A stretch of 25,780 nucleotides of DNA, taken from Macrostomum lignano. Its lineage: Eukaryota. Position 1 is the stretch's first letter. Each line of letters begins with the position of its first letter. The notes below the pieces were generated by a model, which saw only the letters and a list, made by a program, of their open reading frames with translations, ran no database searches and was not told the origin of the DNA. Positions 8,401 to 19,989 of this stretch are shown here, piece by piece. Location of the stretch: positions 1 to 25,780 of the forward strand of contig NIVC01004231.1 in assembly GCA_002269645.1 (NCBI GenBank), read 5' to 3'. The translations under genes and the position numbers were made by a program.

Positions 8401-10407
8401 CTGCCGTCGTCCTCGTGCAGCGCATCGCGGAGACCCCGAAGACTTTCGGACACCAGATCCGTTTGGTGCTGCCGGATGTACGTAAGTCGCTCGGACTCGA
8501 TCTTGGCAGCCTGGTCCACCAGGAACTGCTGGAAGAGCCGGCGACCGTACAGCAGGCTGTTGAACTGGCCTGGTCGCACCTGGATCAAGTAGGCGTAGTA
8601 TTTCATCATGGTGATGCCTCGATCCTTCTTGAGCCCAATGTGCCAGCCGTCCTCGCCGTACGGAAGCAGCAGCACGTACTCCAACGGATCGTAGGAGCGA
8701 TGGGTCTCAGAGATCTCCTGGAGGCCTGTGGATGCAGTTGGGTAATTTAATTCTAAACTACAGTTCAAAAGCAACCAAAATGTACACCTGAATAACCCAA
8801 AACGTTTATTTTATTATCTAACTTTACAATGCAACCCAAATTTTAAGTCTTTTAAGACGCTTAAAGTACTTACCACCACCTCTCAGACGCAAAACCACGC
8901 TCCGCCATTGCGCCTGAACTACGCCATCAGCATCGCCAAGGTCCGTCAGGATGCCGACCTCACTGCACTCGGGCAAGTTGAAGCGTCGGACATGCTCCCC
9001 AGATGGGCGGGCATCGGGGTTGATGACGACCCTGGCGCTCTGCAGCTGCGGGTCGCTGCGCAGCAAGTCGACTGCGGACTTCAGGCTGCGCACGTAGCTG
9101 TTGCAATCATGCAGAACAGCTTGCAGCTCCTGCAGCAAAGTGTCGTTGAGACCTGCTGTCCATTGCAGTCTGTTCTGCAGCTCTTGGTCCACAAAGAAGA
9201 CCTGGCAGAACCTGGCCGCATCCCCTGGGTCCGGCAACAGGCTGCCGATCCGATGGTGCATCTGACCATGGAGGATGAAGCTGGGGTTCCACCCGGGCTG
9301 TTCACGCTGCCTGGAACCAAGCGAGGTCATATGGAGCGCGCCGTTATACTTCCTGATGTCCTTCAGGAACTGCGAGCTGAACGGATGCTCGCCAGTCAGC
9401 AGCCGCTTCAGAACATCAGGCGGGTCTCGGCGCTGCTCCAGGACGGTCTGTCAGTGTTAGAAAAAAAACTGAAGTAGCTTTTATGCGGAGACGGGCTGCA
9501 GCAAATCATGCAATTGTCGATGACTCCATAGGTGGTCAGAGGCTTGATACAGTACAGGAGGCATAAATGAGGCAGCAATTCAAGTAAACTAAAACAATAA
9601 ATATCAACTCACCTTTCCAGCATGGCAGCAAATGCTAGCTGGCTCGTCCGTCCAGCGTAGCGCGCTGCAGTGAGGGCATTGGCGGTCCATGCGACCGAGA
9701 ACATGTGGCTGGTGTGCCAGCTCCAGCAGCCTGTGGTAATGAAATAGAGTATTTTAATCAGGAATTCTTGAAAATCCAGATCCACATGCAGAAAATTTAA
9801 TAGTCTCAGATTATGAGCTACCACACATAAGAATAGCAGAATAAAATTTTATATAGGAACCCTACCTGTCTCGGCGCCACTCTGCCTGTGCGTGTACACG
9901 GCGGTCGTGGTCCTCAGCGGACTCAGCCGCGCGATACTGGACCTGGCGCTGCCGCTGCGCCTCCAGGCGATGCAGATGGACTGCCTCCTCCTCGGCTTCA
10001 CGGCTTTCGACAGCACGCAGCCGGTCGTGGTCGAGCCGATTCTGGCGTTCCACCTCGCCTTCAGCATCCCGGCTTTCAGCTAAGCGGAGTCGATTGCACT
10101 CAAGGCGATGCTGGCGCTGCACTTCGCCTTCGGCCTCACGGCTTCCGGCTGTGCGCAGTCGATTGCACTCAAGGCGATGCTGGCGCTGCACTTCGCCTTC
10201 GGCCTCACGGCTTCCGGCTGTGCGCATTCGATTGGACTCGAGGCGATTCTGGCGCTCCACTTCGCCCTCGGCTCTCTCGGCCCTATGCTGCCGCTCCCGC
10301 TCAACGCGCGCTGCACGCTCATCGGGTGTCTCCGACGCCCTGCGCTTCTTGGCATCCGATGCAGCGCGTGTAGAGCGGGAAAGGCTTCCTCGACCACGTT
10401 TTGGCAT
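4721..10407 (-). CDS. Helitron RepHel (HUH Rep + Pif1 helicase), 9 exons, about 1590 aa, one apparent frameshift near 6340-6391
   Basis: Manual splicing joins exons 10407-9866, 9730-9613, 9447-8874, 8725-8087, 7974-7136, 7055-6454, about 6376/6391-6076, 5968-5581 and 5491-4721. Phases agree at every junction except exon 6/7. Rep motifs: FLTMTCNPKWPEI, EYQKRG|LPHVHALLW, KYVVKYITKG. Pif1 motifs: DAPGGTGKTF, IVWDEAPM, GDFRQ, CNGTRL, QFPIRPCFAMTIHKSQGQSL, HGQLYVALSRA. Confidence 0.9.
5581..5968 (-). CDS. RepHel exon 8: Pif1 motifs II-IV
   Basis: TACAG| acceptor and CAG|GTGAGA donor. Contains LIVWDEAPM, PFGG, AGDFRQ and LTRNLR. Confidence 0.92.
6076..6376 (-). CDS. RepHel exon 7: Pif1 Walker A and motif Ia (5' boundary uncertain)
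   Basis: Contains LTDEQRAVF, FIDAPGGTGKTF and VASSGIAATILPGGRTAHS. Donor AT|GTGAGT. The frame is open only from 6359 downward. Confidence 0.8.
6454..7055 (-). CDS. RepHel exon 6: Rep-helicase linker
   Basis: Contains LLYQEVPRHFTW, IGRIYTVSP..GDCFYLRLLL..VRGPTSFEALRTVDG and GLLEDDRHW. Confidence 0.9.
7136..7974 (-). CDS. RepHel exon 5: Rep HUH motif and catalytic tyrosines
   Basis: Contains LPHVHALLWL, HGPCG, CSKRYPR, DNRWVVPY, CHLNVEIC and KYVVKYITKGSD (Tyr codons at 7529-7531 and 7517-7519). Donor GAT|GTGAGT. Confidence 0.92.
7975..8086 (-). other. GC-AG intron (112 bp) in Rep motif 2
   Basis: GAG|GCAAGT...CAACCAG|GT. This is the only local splice that restores QKRGLPHVH in frame. Confidence 0.85.
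8087..8725 (-). CDS. RepHel exon 4: Helitron-like N region and Rep motif 1
   Basis: Contains SYDPLEYVLLLPYGEDGW, LFQQFLVD, GGPRY..QDAM and DLFLTMTCNPKWPEI. Ends LEYQKR-G at a GC donor. Confidence 0.9.
8874..9447 (-). CDS. RepHel exon 3
   Basis: GACAG| acceptor and G|GTAAGT donor. Contains DIRKYNGALHMTSLG, GQMHHRIGSLLP and RRFNLPECSEV. Confidence 0.88.
9613..9730 (-). CDS. RepHel exon 2: zinc-finger-like motif (not in the ORF track in this frame)
   Basis: CACAG| acceptor and AAG|GTGAGT donor. Translates to LLELAHQPHVLGRMDRQCPHCSALRWTDEPASICCHAGK, the GxMxxxCxHCxAxxW..CC..GK motif typical of Helitron N-termini. Confidence 0.88.
9866..10407 (-). CDS. RepHel exon 1: basic N-terminus MPKRGRG plus STPR-like 23-aa repeats
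   Basis: ATG at 10407, donor AG|GTAGGG, phase 2. Repeats of the form EGEVQRQHRLECNRLRTAGSREA. Confidence 0.8.
9890..10340 (-). repeat. 69-bp coding repeat (23-aa STPR-like units)
   Basis: Two near-identical 69-nt copies at about 10090-10230, with more diverged copies on both sides. Confidence 0.85.
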
Positions 10408-11617
10408 TATTATAGTAAGCAAATAGGGAATAGCAAATGGGCAAAAAAGCAAAAAGCAAATGACAAAAAAATAAGGAAATAGCTCAATCGGAATATTAGA
10501 CAAATTCTATTCTGATATCGAAGGAAATGTAACTGAATTGGAATTTCGCGCTATTAAGTAAGAGTTCAGTGTAAGTAAAGGCCCAGTGTACGTGATTTTA
10601 GTCAAAAAAATAACTTGAGCCTCCACCCCCCCCCCGACTCCTCAAATACTGAAATTACTCCAAATGATAGCTGGCTTAAATGTGCGAACGCAATCCCCCA
10701 ATTTTATCTGAAAGTTAAAAATAAGGTTACGCAATCTTAATAAACCCTCCAATACACAGCGACCGACCCCCCTCCAATGCAGAGCGGCAGTAAGAAATTG
10801 AACTCCTCAACTTTATCTATTACGTATCGCAAAAATGAGTACAATCTTTGCAGAAAGTTAAAAGCATGGTTATCGTTTTCTGAATGCTGTGCTTTAAGTT
10901 TTCATTTTTAAAGCAAACAACTTACATCTTTGAAACCAGCGTTGCAAGATCTTTCCAGCAATATAAGTCTCTCCTCTCAAATTTTAAAAGTTGAGGAACA
11001 CTTTGCGTTTAAAACTTCCCAGTTTAAAGCATTGAATTTTTGTGCGTACATTCACTGCCTTTTCCACTGAGAGGCTCGCAAGTTTATTCATTGAATTTCA
11101 CAGTTCAACACAGGGTTTCCTAATGAAAGGCGCTGATAATAAAACCAATTGAATCTCGACCCAGTAGCCATATCGTTGCGCTTCACACCCACCACCCCAC
11201 GAAATTCATCAATTAAGCCAAATTGCAGTTGACTAATATCGATCCGTAGCAATTGCCGGTGAGCCAGGGTCCAATTGTACGCATGCAGCCACTTAGAACG
11301 CCCCATCCCCCCACTGGAGAGTAAATGCACTGGCGACATAGGAAAAAGTTGTGGCGTAATCACTCAAAATTCATGCAAATTTTCAGCTCCGAGCAGAAAG
11401 AGGGTACAATTAAGATTATCAAAGGTCAGAATTGCCGTTTTCTGCTTTTTTAGGGATCTTAAAATGTAAAAATAAAAGATTAAAACAGCCTAAAGCCATC
11501 CTCGGAAAATTTGCAGTTTTCCCACATAAGTTTCAACGCTGACTTGCAAGTATTCTAGGAGGAGTTATCCAACAAACACACACACACAGACAAACAACGC
11601 ACCAGTTTTAGTATTAA

Positions 11618-12843
11618 CGAGGCCAACTCCTCCTTCGGAGAAGAAAGGGGAAGAACTCCAATCAGCGGAATTCCATTCCCTGAACTCCATCAGCGGAATC
11701 CCATTTTCCAACACCTCTCCGCGCAACAGAAATCGTCTCCGTGAAACTGAACACTATCGAAATCCTCTCCGTGAAACTGAACACCATCGAAATATTCTCC
11801 GCGAAATAGAAATCCTCTCCGTGAAACTGGACTAAATCGAAATTTCTACGTCAAACAGCCCAGCTCTCAGAATTCATTGGTTAGGGTTAGGGTTAGAGCT
11901 ACACACAGCTGCGTGTTGAAAGGCTCGTAAAAACATTGAACCAATTAAATTGCGCAACTTATTTCTCAGGCAGTCAGTATCAGCGTCGGTTAAAGTTAAC
12001 AAAAAGATTGCGCAATCTAAATCAGCCCTCCAATACACAGCAACCGACCCCCTTCCAATACGCAGTGCAGCTAGAAATTGAACCCCCCTACCAACTATTG
12101 GGGGGGTCGGTCGAACCCCCATTGAACTCCAAAATGAGCAAAATCTTTGCAGAAAGCTAAAAGTATGAAAATCTTTTCTTGAATGCTGTGAATTTAATTT
12201 TCATATTTAAAGCAAAAAACTTATATCCCCGAACTCATCGCAGCAAGATCTTTCCAGCAATAAAGTCTCTCTCTCAAAGTTCAAAACTCGAGCAACAGTT
12301 AGTGTTTGAAACTTTCTGATTTTAAGCATTGAAATATCGAGTGTACGTTCACTGCCTGCTAAAGATGCTCGCAAGTTTATGCATTAAAATGCACTGAATT
12401 TCACTGTGCAAAAAATACACAGGGCTTCCTGTTAAAAAACAGAACACAAATAGTTGCGCAATTGTCTATAAAGTCAGTCAGTGAGCCAGGGTTCAAGTGT
12501 ACACACGCAGCCACTGAGAACGCGACCATCCCCCACTTGAGAGAAAATACACTGCAAGATAGAAAAATTTTATGGCGCAATCACTAAAATTGATGCAAAT
12601 TTTCAGCTCCAAGCAGAAAGAGGGGACAATTAAGATTATCAAAGGTCAAGACCGCCATTTTCTGCTTTTTTAGGGATCTTAAAAATTGAAAATGAAAGAT
12701 TAAAATAGCCTAAAGCCATCCTCGGAAAATTTGCAGTTTTCCCATATAAGTTTCAACGCTGACTTGCAAGTATTCTAGGAGGAGTTATCCAACAAACACA
12801 CACACACACAGACAAACAACGCACCAACTTTAGTATTAAGAGA
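11618..12843 (-). mobile_element. Non-autonomous unit U3 (1.23 kb, short type)
   Basis: Same termini as the other units, imperfect hairpin at 11627-11643, no CT tract. Confidence 0.8.
11881..11896 (+). repeat. (TTAGGG)2 + TTAG
   Basis: Read directly; same CATTGG left flank. Confidence 0.9.
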
Positions 12844-14066
12844 CGAGGCCAACTCCTCCTTCGGAGAAGAAAGGGGAAGAACTCCAATCAGCGGAATTCC
12901 ATTCCCTGAACTCCATAAGCGGAATCCCATTTTCCAACACCTCTCCGCGCAACAGAAATCGTCTCCGTGAAACTGAACACTATCGAAATCCTCTCCGTGA
13001 AACTGAACACCATCGAAATATTCTCCGCGAAATAGAAATCCTCTCCGTGAAACTGGACTAAATCGAAATTTCTACGTCAAATAGCCCAGCTCTCAGAATT
13101 CATTGGTTAGGGTTAGGGTTAGGGTTGACAGCTGCGTGTTGAAAGGCGCCGTAAAAACATTGAACCAATTAAATTGCGCAACTTATTTCTCAGGCAGTCA
13201 GTATCAGCCTCAGTTAAAGTTAACAAAAAGATTGCGCAATCTAAATCAACCCTCAAATACACAGCAACCGACCCCCTTCCAATACGCAGTGCAGCTAGAA
13301 ATTGAACCCCCCCCACCAACTATTGGGGGTCGGTCGAACCCCCATTGAACTCCAAAATGAGCAAAATCTTTGCAGAAAGCTAAAAGTATGAAAATCTTTT
13401 CTTGAATGCTGTGAATTTAATTTTCATATTTAAAGCAAAAAACTTATATCCCCGAACTCATTGCAGCAAGATCTTTCCAGCAATATAAGTCTCTCCTCTC
13501 AAAGTTCAAAACTCGAGCAACAGTTAGTGTTTGAAACTTTCTGATTTTAAGCATTGAAATATCGAGTGTACGTTCACTGCCTGCTAAAGATGCTCGCAAG
13601 TTTATGCATTAAAATGCACTGAATTTCACTGTGCAAAAAATACACAGGGCTTCCTGTTAAAAAACAGAACACAAATAGTTGCGCAATTGTCTATAAAGTC
13701 AGTCAGTGAGCCAGGGTTCAAGTGTACACACGCAGCCACTGAGAACGCGACCATCCCCCACTTGAGAGAAAATACACTGCCAAGATAGAAAAATTTTATG
13801 GCGCAATAACTAAAATTTATGCAAATTTTCAGCTCCAAGCAGAAAGAGGGGACAATTAAGATTATCAAAGGTCAAGACCGCCATTTTCTGCTTTTTTAGG
13901 GATCTTAAAAATTGAAAATGAAAGATTAAAATAGCCTAAAGCCATCCTCGGAAAATTTGCAGTTTTCCCATATAAGTTTCAACGCTGACTTGCAAGTATT
14001 CTAGGAGGAGTTATCCAACAAACACACACACACACAGACAAACAACGCACCAACTTTAGTATTAAG
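12844..14066 (-). mobile_element. Non-autonomous unit U4 (1.22 kb, near-duplicate of U3)
   Basis: Junction CTCG|TCTCTTAATAC at 12843/12844. Sequence is colinear with U3. Confidence 0.8.
13107..13126 (+). repeat. (TTAGGG)3
   Basis: Read directly. Confidence 0.93.
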
Positions 14067-14942
14067 AGAGTGGAACTCCTCCTCCGGAGGAGAAAGGGGA
14101 AGAACTCCCATCACCGGAATTCTATTCCCTGTAATATCCATCAACTGAAATTCCATGTCTTTAACCCTATCTTCCAAATCGTCTCCAAATTCTTTACAAA
14201 ATCTTTCAAAGACCATAGCTCAAAGACTCTCAAGTCTCTCATATCTCCTCTCTCCTCTCTCTCATCTCATCTCTACCTCTGCTCCCTTATTTATCTCTTC
14301 TCCCTCGTCTTTCGTCTGTACCTTCTCCTGTCTTCTGTCTCCTCTCTTCACTCTTATCTCTCCCTCTTCTCTCCTCTCTCATATGTCATCTCTACTCACT
14401 TATCTATCGTCTCTCTTAACCCTCTCTCTCTCTTCTCTTTTCTCTTCTCTCTGCTCTCATTTCTCATATTTCATATACGCTCTGACACTACTTTCTTGTC
14501 TCCCATCTTTCTTCCTCCTTTTCACTATCCCCTGTCTCTTCTCTTCTCTCTTTTCTATTCTCTCCATTCTCTCTTTTCTCCTTTCCTTGCTCCTTTCATC
14601 TCTCTCCTCTCTCCTCACTCTCTTCTCCTTTCGCTTCTCTCTCCTCTCTCTCCTCTCATCTTTACTACCTTATTTATATCTTCTCCCTAGTCTTTCGTCT
14701 GTACTCTCTCCTGTCTCCTCTCTCCCCTGCTCTCTCATCCCTCATCTCCTCATCTCACTCTTTCTTTCCCATATAAGTTTCAACGCTGACTTGCAAGTAT
14801 TCTAGGAGGAGTTATCCAACAAACACACACACACACAGACAAACAACGCACCAACTTTAGTATTAAGATAGATAGATAGATAGAGAGATATCCAACAAAC
14901 ACACACACACACAGACAAACAACGCACCAGTTTTAGTATTAA
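14067..14942 (-). mobile_element. Internally deleted unit U5 (0.88 kb) with a doubled 5' end
   Basis: Hairpin at 14076-14092. The CT tract is joined directly to the 5' subterminal segment at about 14765. The 5' end is repeated at 14813-14888 and 14889-14942. Confidence 0.75.
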
Positions 14943-17478
14943 CGAGTGGAACTCCTCCTTCGGAGGAGAAAGGGGAAGAACTCCCATCACCGGAATTCCA
15001 TTCCCTGAATTATCCATCAACTGAAATTCCATGTCTTGAATCCCATCTTCCAAATCGTCTCCAAATTCTTTACAAACCTTTCAAAGACCATAGATCAAAG
15101 ACTCTTACGTCTCTCATATCTACTCTCTCCTCTCTTCGCTATTATCGTGACTCGCTTCTCTCTCCTCTCTCTCATCTCATCTCTACCCCTACTCTCTTAT
15201 TTATCTCTACTCCCTTATTTATCTCTACTCCCTTATTTATCCCTTATTTATTCTCCCTCTCCTGTCTACTCTCCCATCTTCTATCTTATCTCTCCCCTTT
15301 TCTCTCCTCTCTCATATCTCATCTCTAATCACTTATCTATCATCTCCGCTCTACTACTTTCTCTCTTCCCTTTTCTCTCTTCTCTCTGCTCTCATTTCTC
15401 GTATCTCTTATACGCTCTCAACCTCTCCTTTCTTATCTCCCTTTTTTCTTCCCTCCTTTCTACTGCATCACCTGTCTCCTCTCCTCTCTTTTTTCTCCTC
15501 TCCATTCTCTCTTCTCTCCTCTCATCTCCCCTCATCTCTTATCTAATCTCTAATCTCTTCTCCCTCATATCTCTTCTCTACTCACTTATCTATTCTCTCT
15601 CTTTGCTCCCCTTTTACACTTTCCTATATGCTCTCACACTCACCCTCTCCTTTCTTATCTCCTGTTTTTTACACTCCTTTCTACCACCTGTCTCCTCTCA
15701 TTTCTCTCCTCTCTGCACTCACATCTTTACCATCTTCTTTCTCCTCACTACTTTCTTCTCTTAAATCTCTGATCTCTGATCTTTCATCTCACTCCTCTCA
15801 CCTCTCACCTCTATCCTCTCTTTCCTCTCTTCTATTGCCTCTGTACGCTCTTATCCCTCTTTTCTTCTCTCCCTGTCTCCTCTCTGCTATCTCATATCTC
15901 CTCTCTCATATCCTCTCCCTTCATCTCCTCTCTCCTCTTCTCTTCTCTCTCCTTCGTTCCCGCCTTACTCCCTTCTTCTCTCCCATCTGTCATGTTTAAT
16001 CTCTTCACTCATTTCTACTCTGTTTTCTATCATCTCATCTCTCTTCTCCTTTCATTCTTCTCTTTACTCTCTTCTCTGACTGATTGAAGATGCCAAATCC
16101 ATCAAGATCCTCTCCGCGAAGCAGTCTGTGCAACTGAAAACCATCGAAATCCTCTCCGTGAAACTGGACTCCTTCGAAATCCTCTCCTTGAAACTTAAAT
16201 CCATCAAAATGGTCTCCATAAAACAGAAATCAATCATAAATTATCTCTGCGAAACAGAAATCCTCTCCGTGAAGCTGAACATCATCGAAATCCTCTCCGT
16301 GAAACTGAGCACCATCGAAATCCTTTTCACGAAACTGAACATCATCGAAATCCTTTCACGAAACTGAACACCATCGAAATCCTCTCCACGAAACAGAAAT
16401 CCTCTCCGTCAAAATTAAAACATTGAAATCGTCTCCGCTAAACTGGACTCAATCGAATTTTTTCCGTCAAACAACTCAACTCTCCGGATTCATTGGTTAG
16501 GGTTAGGGTTAGGGTTAGGGTTAGGGTTAGAACTACGCACAGCTTTGTGTTAAAAGGCACTGATAAAAATATTGAACTAATTGAATCAATTCATTGCGCA
16601 ACCGATTTCACAGTCAGTCAGTATCAGTCTCAGTTAAAGTTAACAAAAAGTTTGCGCAATCTAATCAACCCTCCAATACAAAGCAACTGACCCTCTTCCT
16701 ATACACAGCGCCAGTTAGAAGTCGAAACCCCCAACTTTATCTCTCACCTCTCGCCAAAATGAGTACAATCTTTGCAGAAAGTTTAAAGTATGGAAATAGT
16801 TTTTGCAATGCAGAGCTTTTAGTTTTCATATTTGAAGCAAACAATTTATATCCCTGAAATCAGCTTTGCAAGTTCTTTCCAGCAATATAAATTTTTTCTC
16901 TCAAAGTTAAAAACTCGAGCAACAGTTTGCGTTTGAAACTTTCTGATTTAAAGCATTGAAATATCGATTGTACGTTCACTGCCTGCTAAAGAGGCCCGCA
17001 AGTTTATGCATTGAATTTCAAGGTTCAACAAAATCACAGGGCTGCCTATTGAAAATTAGAACACAAATCTTTGCGCAATTGTCTATACAGTCAGCCAGTG
17101 AGCCAGGGTCCGATTGTACACAGGCAGCCATTTAGAACGCCCCATCCCCCCACTGGAGAGAAAATACACTGCAGAGATAGGGAAAAGTTGTGGCGCAATC
17201 ACTTGAAATTCATGCAAATTTTCAGCTCCAAGCAGAAAGAGGGGACAATTAAGATTATCAAAGGTCAAGACCGCCGTTTTCTGCTTTTTTGAGGATCTTA
17301 GAAATTAAAATTTCAGAATTAAAATAGCCTATAGCCGACCTCGGATAATTTCCAATCTTCCCATATAAGTTTCAACGCTGAGTTGGCACTATTCAAGGAG
17401 GAGTTGTCGAAATGACACACACACACACACACACACACAGACAGACAGACAAACAACACGTGAACTTTAGTATATGTA
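14943..17478 (-). mobile_element. Non-autonomous unit U6 (2.54 kb)
   Basis: Hairpin at 14952-14968. Colinear with U1. Confidence 0.8.
16497..16530 (+). repeat. (TTAGGG)5 + TTAG
   Basis: Read directly. Confidence 0.95.
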
Positions 17479-19936
17479 CGAGTGGAACTCCTCCTTCGGA
17501 GGAGAAAGGGGAAGAACTCCCATCACCGGAATTCCATTCCCTGAATTATCCATCAACTGAAATTCCATGTCTTGAACCCCTTCTTCCAAATCGTCTCCAA
17601 ATTCTTTACAAACCTTTCAAAGACCATAGCTCAAAGACTCTTACGTCTCTCATATCTACTCTCTCCTCTTTTCGCTATTATCGTGACTCGCTTCTCTCTC
17701 CTCTCTCTCATCTCATCTCTACCCCTACTCTCTTATTTATCTCTACTCCCTTATTTATCTCTTCTCCCTCGTCTTTCTTCTGTACCCTCTCCTGTCTACT
17801 CTCCTATCTTCTATCTTATCTCTCCCCTTTTCTCTCCTCTCTCATATCTCATCTCTAATCACTTATCTATCGTCTCCGCTCTACTTTCTCTCTTCCCTTT
17901 TCTCTCTTCTCTCTGCTCTCATTTCTCGTATCTCTTATACGCTCTCAACCTCTCCTTTCTTATCTACCATCTTTCTTCCCTCCTTTCTACTGCATCACCT
18001 GTCTCCTCTCCTCTCCATTCTCTCTTCTCTCCTCTCTCTCCTCTCATCTGTACTATCTTATTTATCTCTTCTCCCAGGTCTTTCAAATTTACTCTCTCCT
18101 GTCTCCTCTCTCCCCTCGTCTTTCCTCTCTCATATCTCTTCTCTACTCACTTATCTATTCTCTCTCCTCTGCTCCCCTTTTACACTTTCGTATATGCTCT
18201 CACTCTCAACCTCTCCTTTCTTATCTCCTGTTTTTTACACTCCTTTCTACTACCTGTCTCCTCTCGTTTCTCTCCTCTCTGCACTCTCATCTTTACCCTC
18301 TTCTTTCTCCTCACTACTTTCTTCTCTTAAATCTCTGATCTCTGATCTTTCATCTCTCTCCTCTCACCTCTCACCTCTCTCCTCTCTTTCCTCTCTTCTA
18401 TTGCCTCTGTACACTCTTATCCCTCCTTTCTTCTCTCTCCTGTCTCCTCTCTGCTATCTCATATCTCCTCTCTCATATCCTCTCCCTTCATCTCCTCTCT
18501 CCTCTTCTCTTCTCTCTCCTTCGTTCCCGCCTTACTCCCCTCTTCTCTCCCATCTGTCATGTCTAATCTCTCCACTCATTTCTACTCTGTTTTCTATCAT
18601 TTCATCTCTCTTCTCTTTTCATTCTTCTCTTTACTCTCTTCTCTGACTGATTGAAGATGCCAAATCTATCAAGATCTCCGCGAAGCAGAAATCCTGTCCG
18701 TGCAACTGAAAACCATCGAAATCCTCTCCGTGAAACTGGACTCCTTCGAAATCCTCTCCGTGAAACTGGACTGCTTCGAAATCCTCTCCTTGAAACTTAA
18801 ATCCATCAAAATCGTCTCCATAAAGCAGAAATCAATCATTAATTATCTCCGCGAAACAGAAATCCTCTCCGTGAGGCTGAACATCATCAAAATCCTCTCC
18901 GTGAAACTGAACACCATCGAAATCCTCTCCACGAAACAGAAATCCTCTCCGTCAAAATTAAAACATTGAAATCGTCTCCGCTAAACTGGACTCAATCGAA
19001 TTTTTTCCGTCAAACAACTCAACTCTCCGGATTCATTGGTTAGGGTTAGGGTTAGGGTTAGGGTTATGGTTAGAACTACGCACAGCTTCGTGTTAAAAGG
19101 CACAGATAAAAATATTGAACTAATTGAATCAATTCATTGCGCAACCGATTTCACAGTCAGTCAGTATTAGTCTCAGTTAAAGTTAACAAAAAAATTGCGC
19201 AATCTAAATCAACCCTCCAATACACAGCAGCTGTGAGAAGTTAAACCCTCCCCCAACTTTATCTCTTACGTCTCGCAAAACTGAGTACAATTTATGCAGA
19301 AAGTTAAAAGTATGGAAATAGTTTTTTAAATGCGGTGCTTTTTCTTTTCATATTTAAAGCAAACAACTTATATCCCTAAACTCAGCGTTGCAAGATCTTT
19401 CCAGCAATATAAGTTTCTCCTCTCAAAGTTTAAAACTCGAGGAACAGTTAGCGTTTGAAACTGTCTGATTCATAGCATTGAAGTATCGAGTGTACGTTCA
19501 CTGCCTGCTTGCAAGTTGATGCATTGAATTTCAATGTCCAACAAATACACAGGGCTGCCCATTGAAAGGCAGGAAAACTTATCAGTAGCCATATCATTGC
19601 GCAATTATCTATACAGTCAGCCAGTGAGCCAGGGTCCAAGTGTACACACGCAGCCACTGAGAACGCTCCCACCCCCACTGGAAAGAAAATACACTACAGA
19701 GATAGGGAAAAGTTGTGGCGCAATCACTAAAAATTCATGCATTTTCAGCTCCGAGCAGAAAGAGGAGACAAATAAGATTATCAAAGGTCAAGATTAGAGT
19801 TTTCTGCTTTTTTGAGGATCTTAGAAATTAAAATTTCAGAATTAAAATAGCCTATAGCCGACCTCGGATAATTTCCAATCTTCCCATATAAGTTTCAACG
19901 CTGAGTTGGCACTATTCAAGGAGGAGTTGTCGAAAT

Positions 19937-19968
<32 letters not shown>

Positions 19969-19989
19969 ACGCGTCAACTTTAGTATATA
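17479..19989 (-). mobile_element. Non-autonomous unit U7 (2.51 kb)
   Basis: Hairpin at 17488-17504. Colinear with U1. Confidence 0.8.
19040..19073 (+). repeat. (TTAGGG)4 + TTATGG + TTAG
   Basis: Read directly. Confidence 0.95.

Larger units (their letters stand above)
2516..11617 (-). mobile_element. Full-length canonical Helitron (unit U2, about 9.1 kb) embedded in the array
   Basis: Contains the RepHel gene. 3' hairpin CTCCTCC-GCT-GGAGGAG at 2525-2541 is followed on the minus strand by TTGGCCTCG. The 5' end at about 11617 reads TTAATACTAAAACTGGTGCGTTGTTTGTCTGTGTG on the minus strand, matching the other units. Exact ends are inferred from the recurring junctions. Confidence 0.85.

Noticed and set aside
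4721-8774. Host PIF1 gene or bacterial IS91/relaxase
   Set aside because: The Rep-helicase fusion with the Helitron zinc finger, spliceosomal introns and shared array termini identify it as a eukaryotic Helitron.
4721-10407. Helentron/Helitron2 classification suggested by the GTCT microsatellite and inverted repeats
   Set aside because: Rep motif 2 is RGLPH rather than the RGSPH type, motif 1 is the TCNP type, and no endonuclease follows the helicase.
4838-10482. Plus-strand and off-frame ORFs overlapping RepHel (e.g. 6474-7067, 7352-8005, 8908-9477, 9888-10373)
   Set aside because: They are shadows of GC-rich exons, end at the AT-rich introns and have no recognisable motifs.
10408-10503. 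N-terminal extension MSNIPIELF... in the ORF track
   Set aside because: It starts at TTG in AT-rich sequence. The first ATG in this frame, at 10407 (MPKRGRG), is a more plausible start.
16497-16530. True chromosome end or telomerase healing site
   Set aside because: Only 2-5 copies, internal, with the same flanks in each unit, which indicates inheritance with the element.
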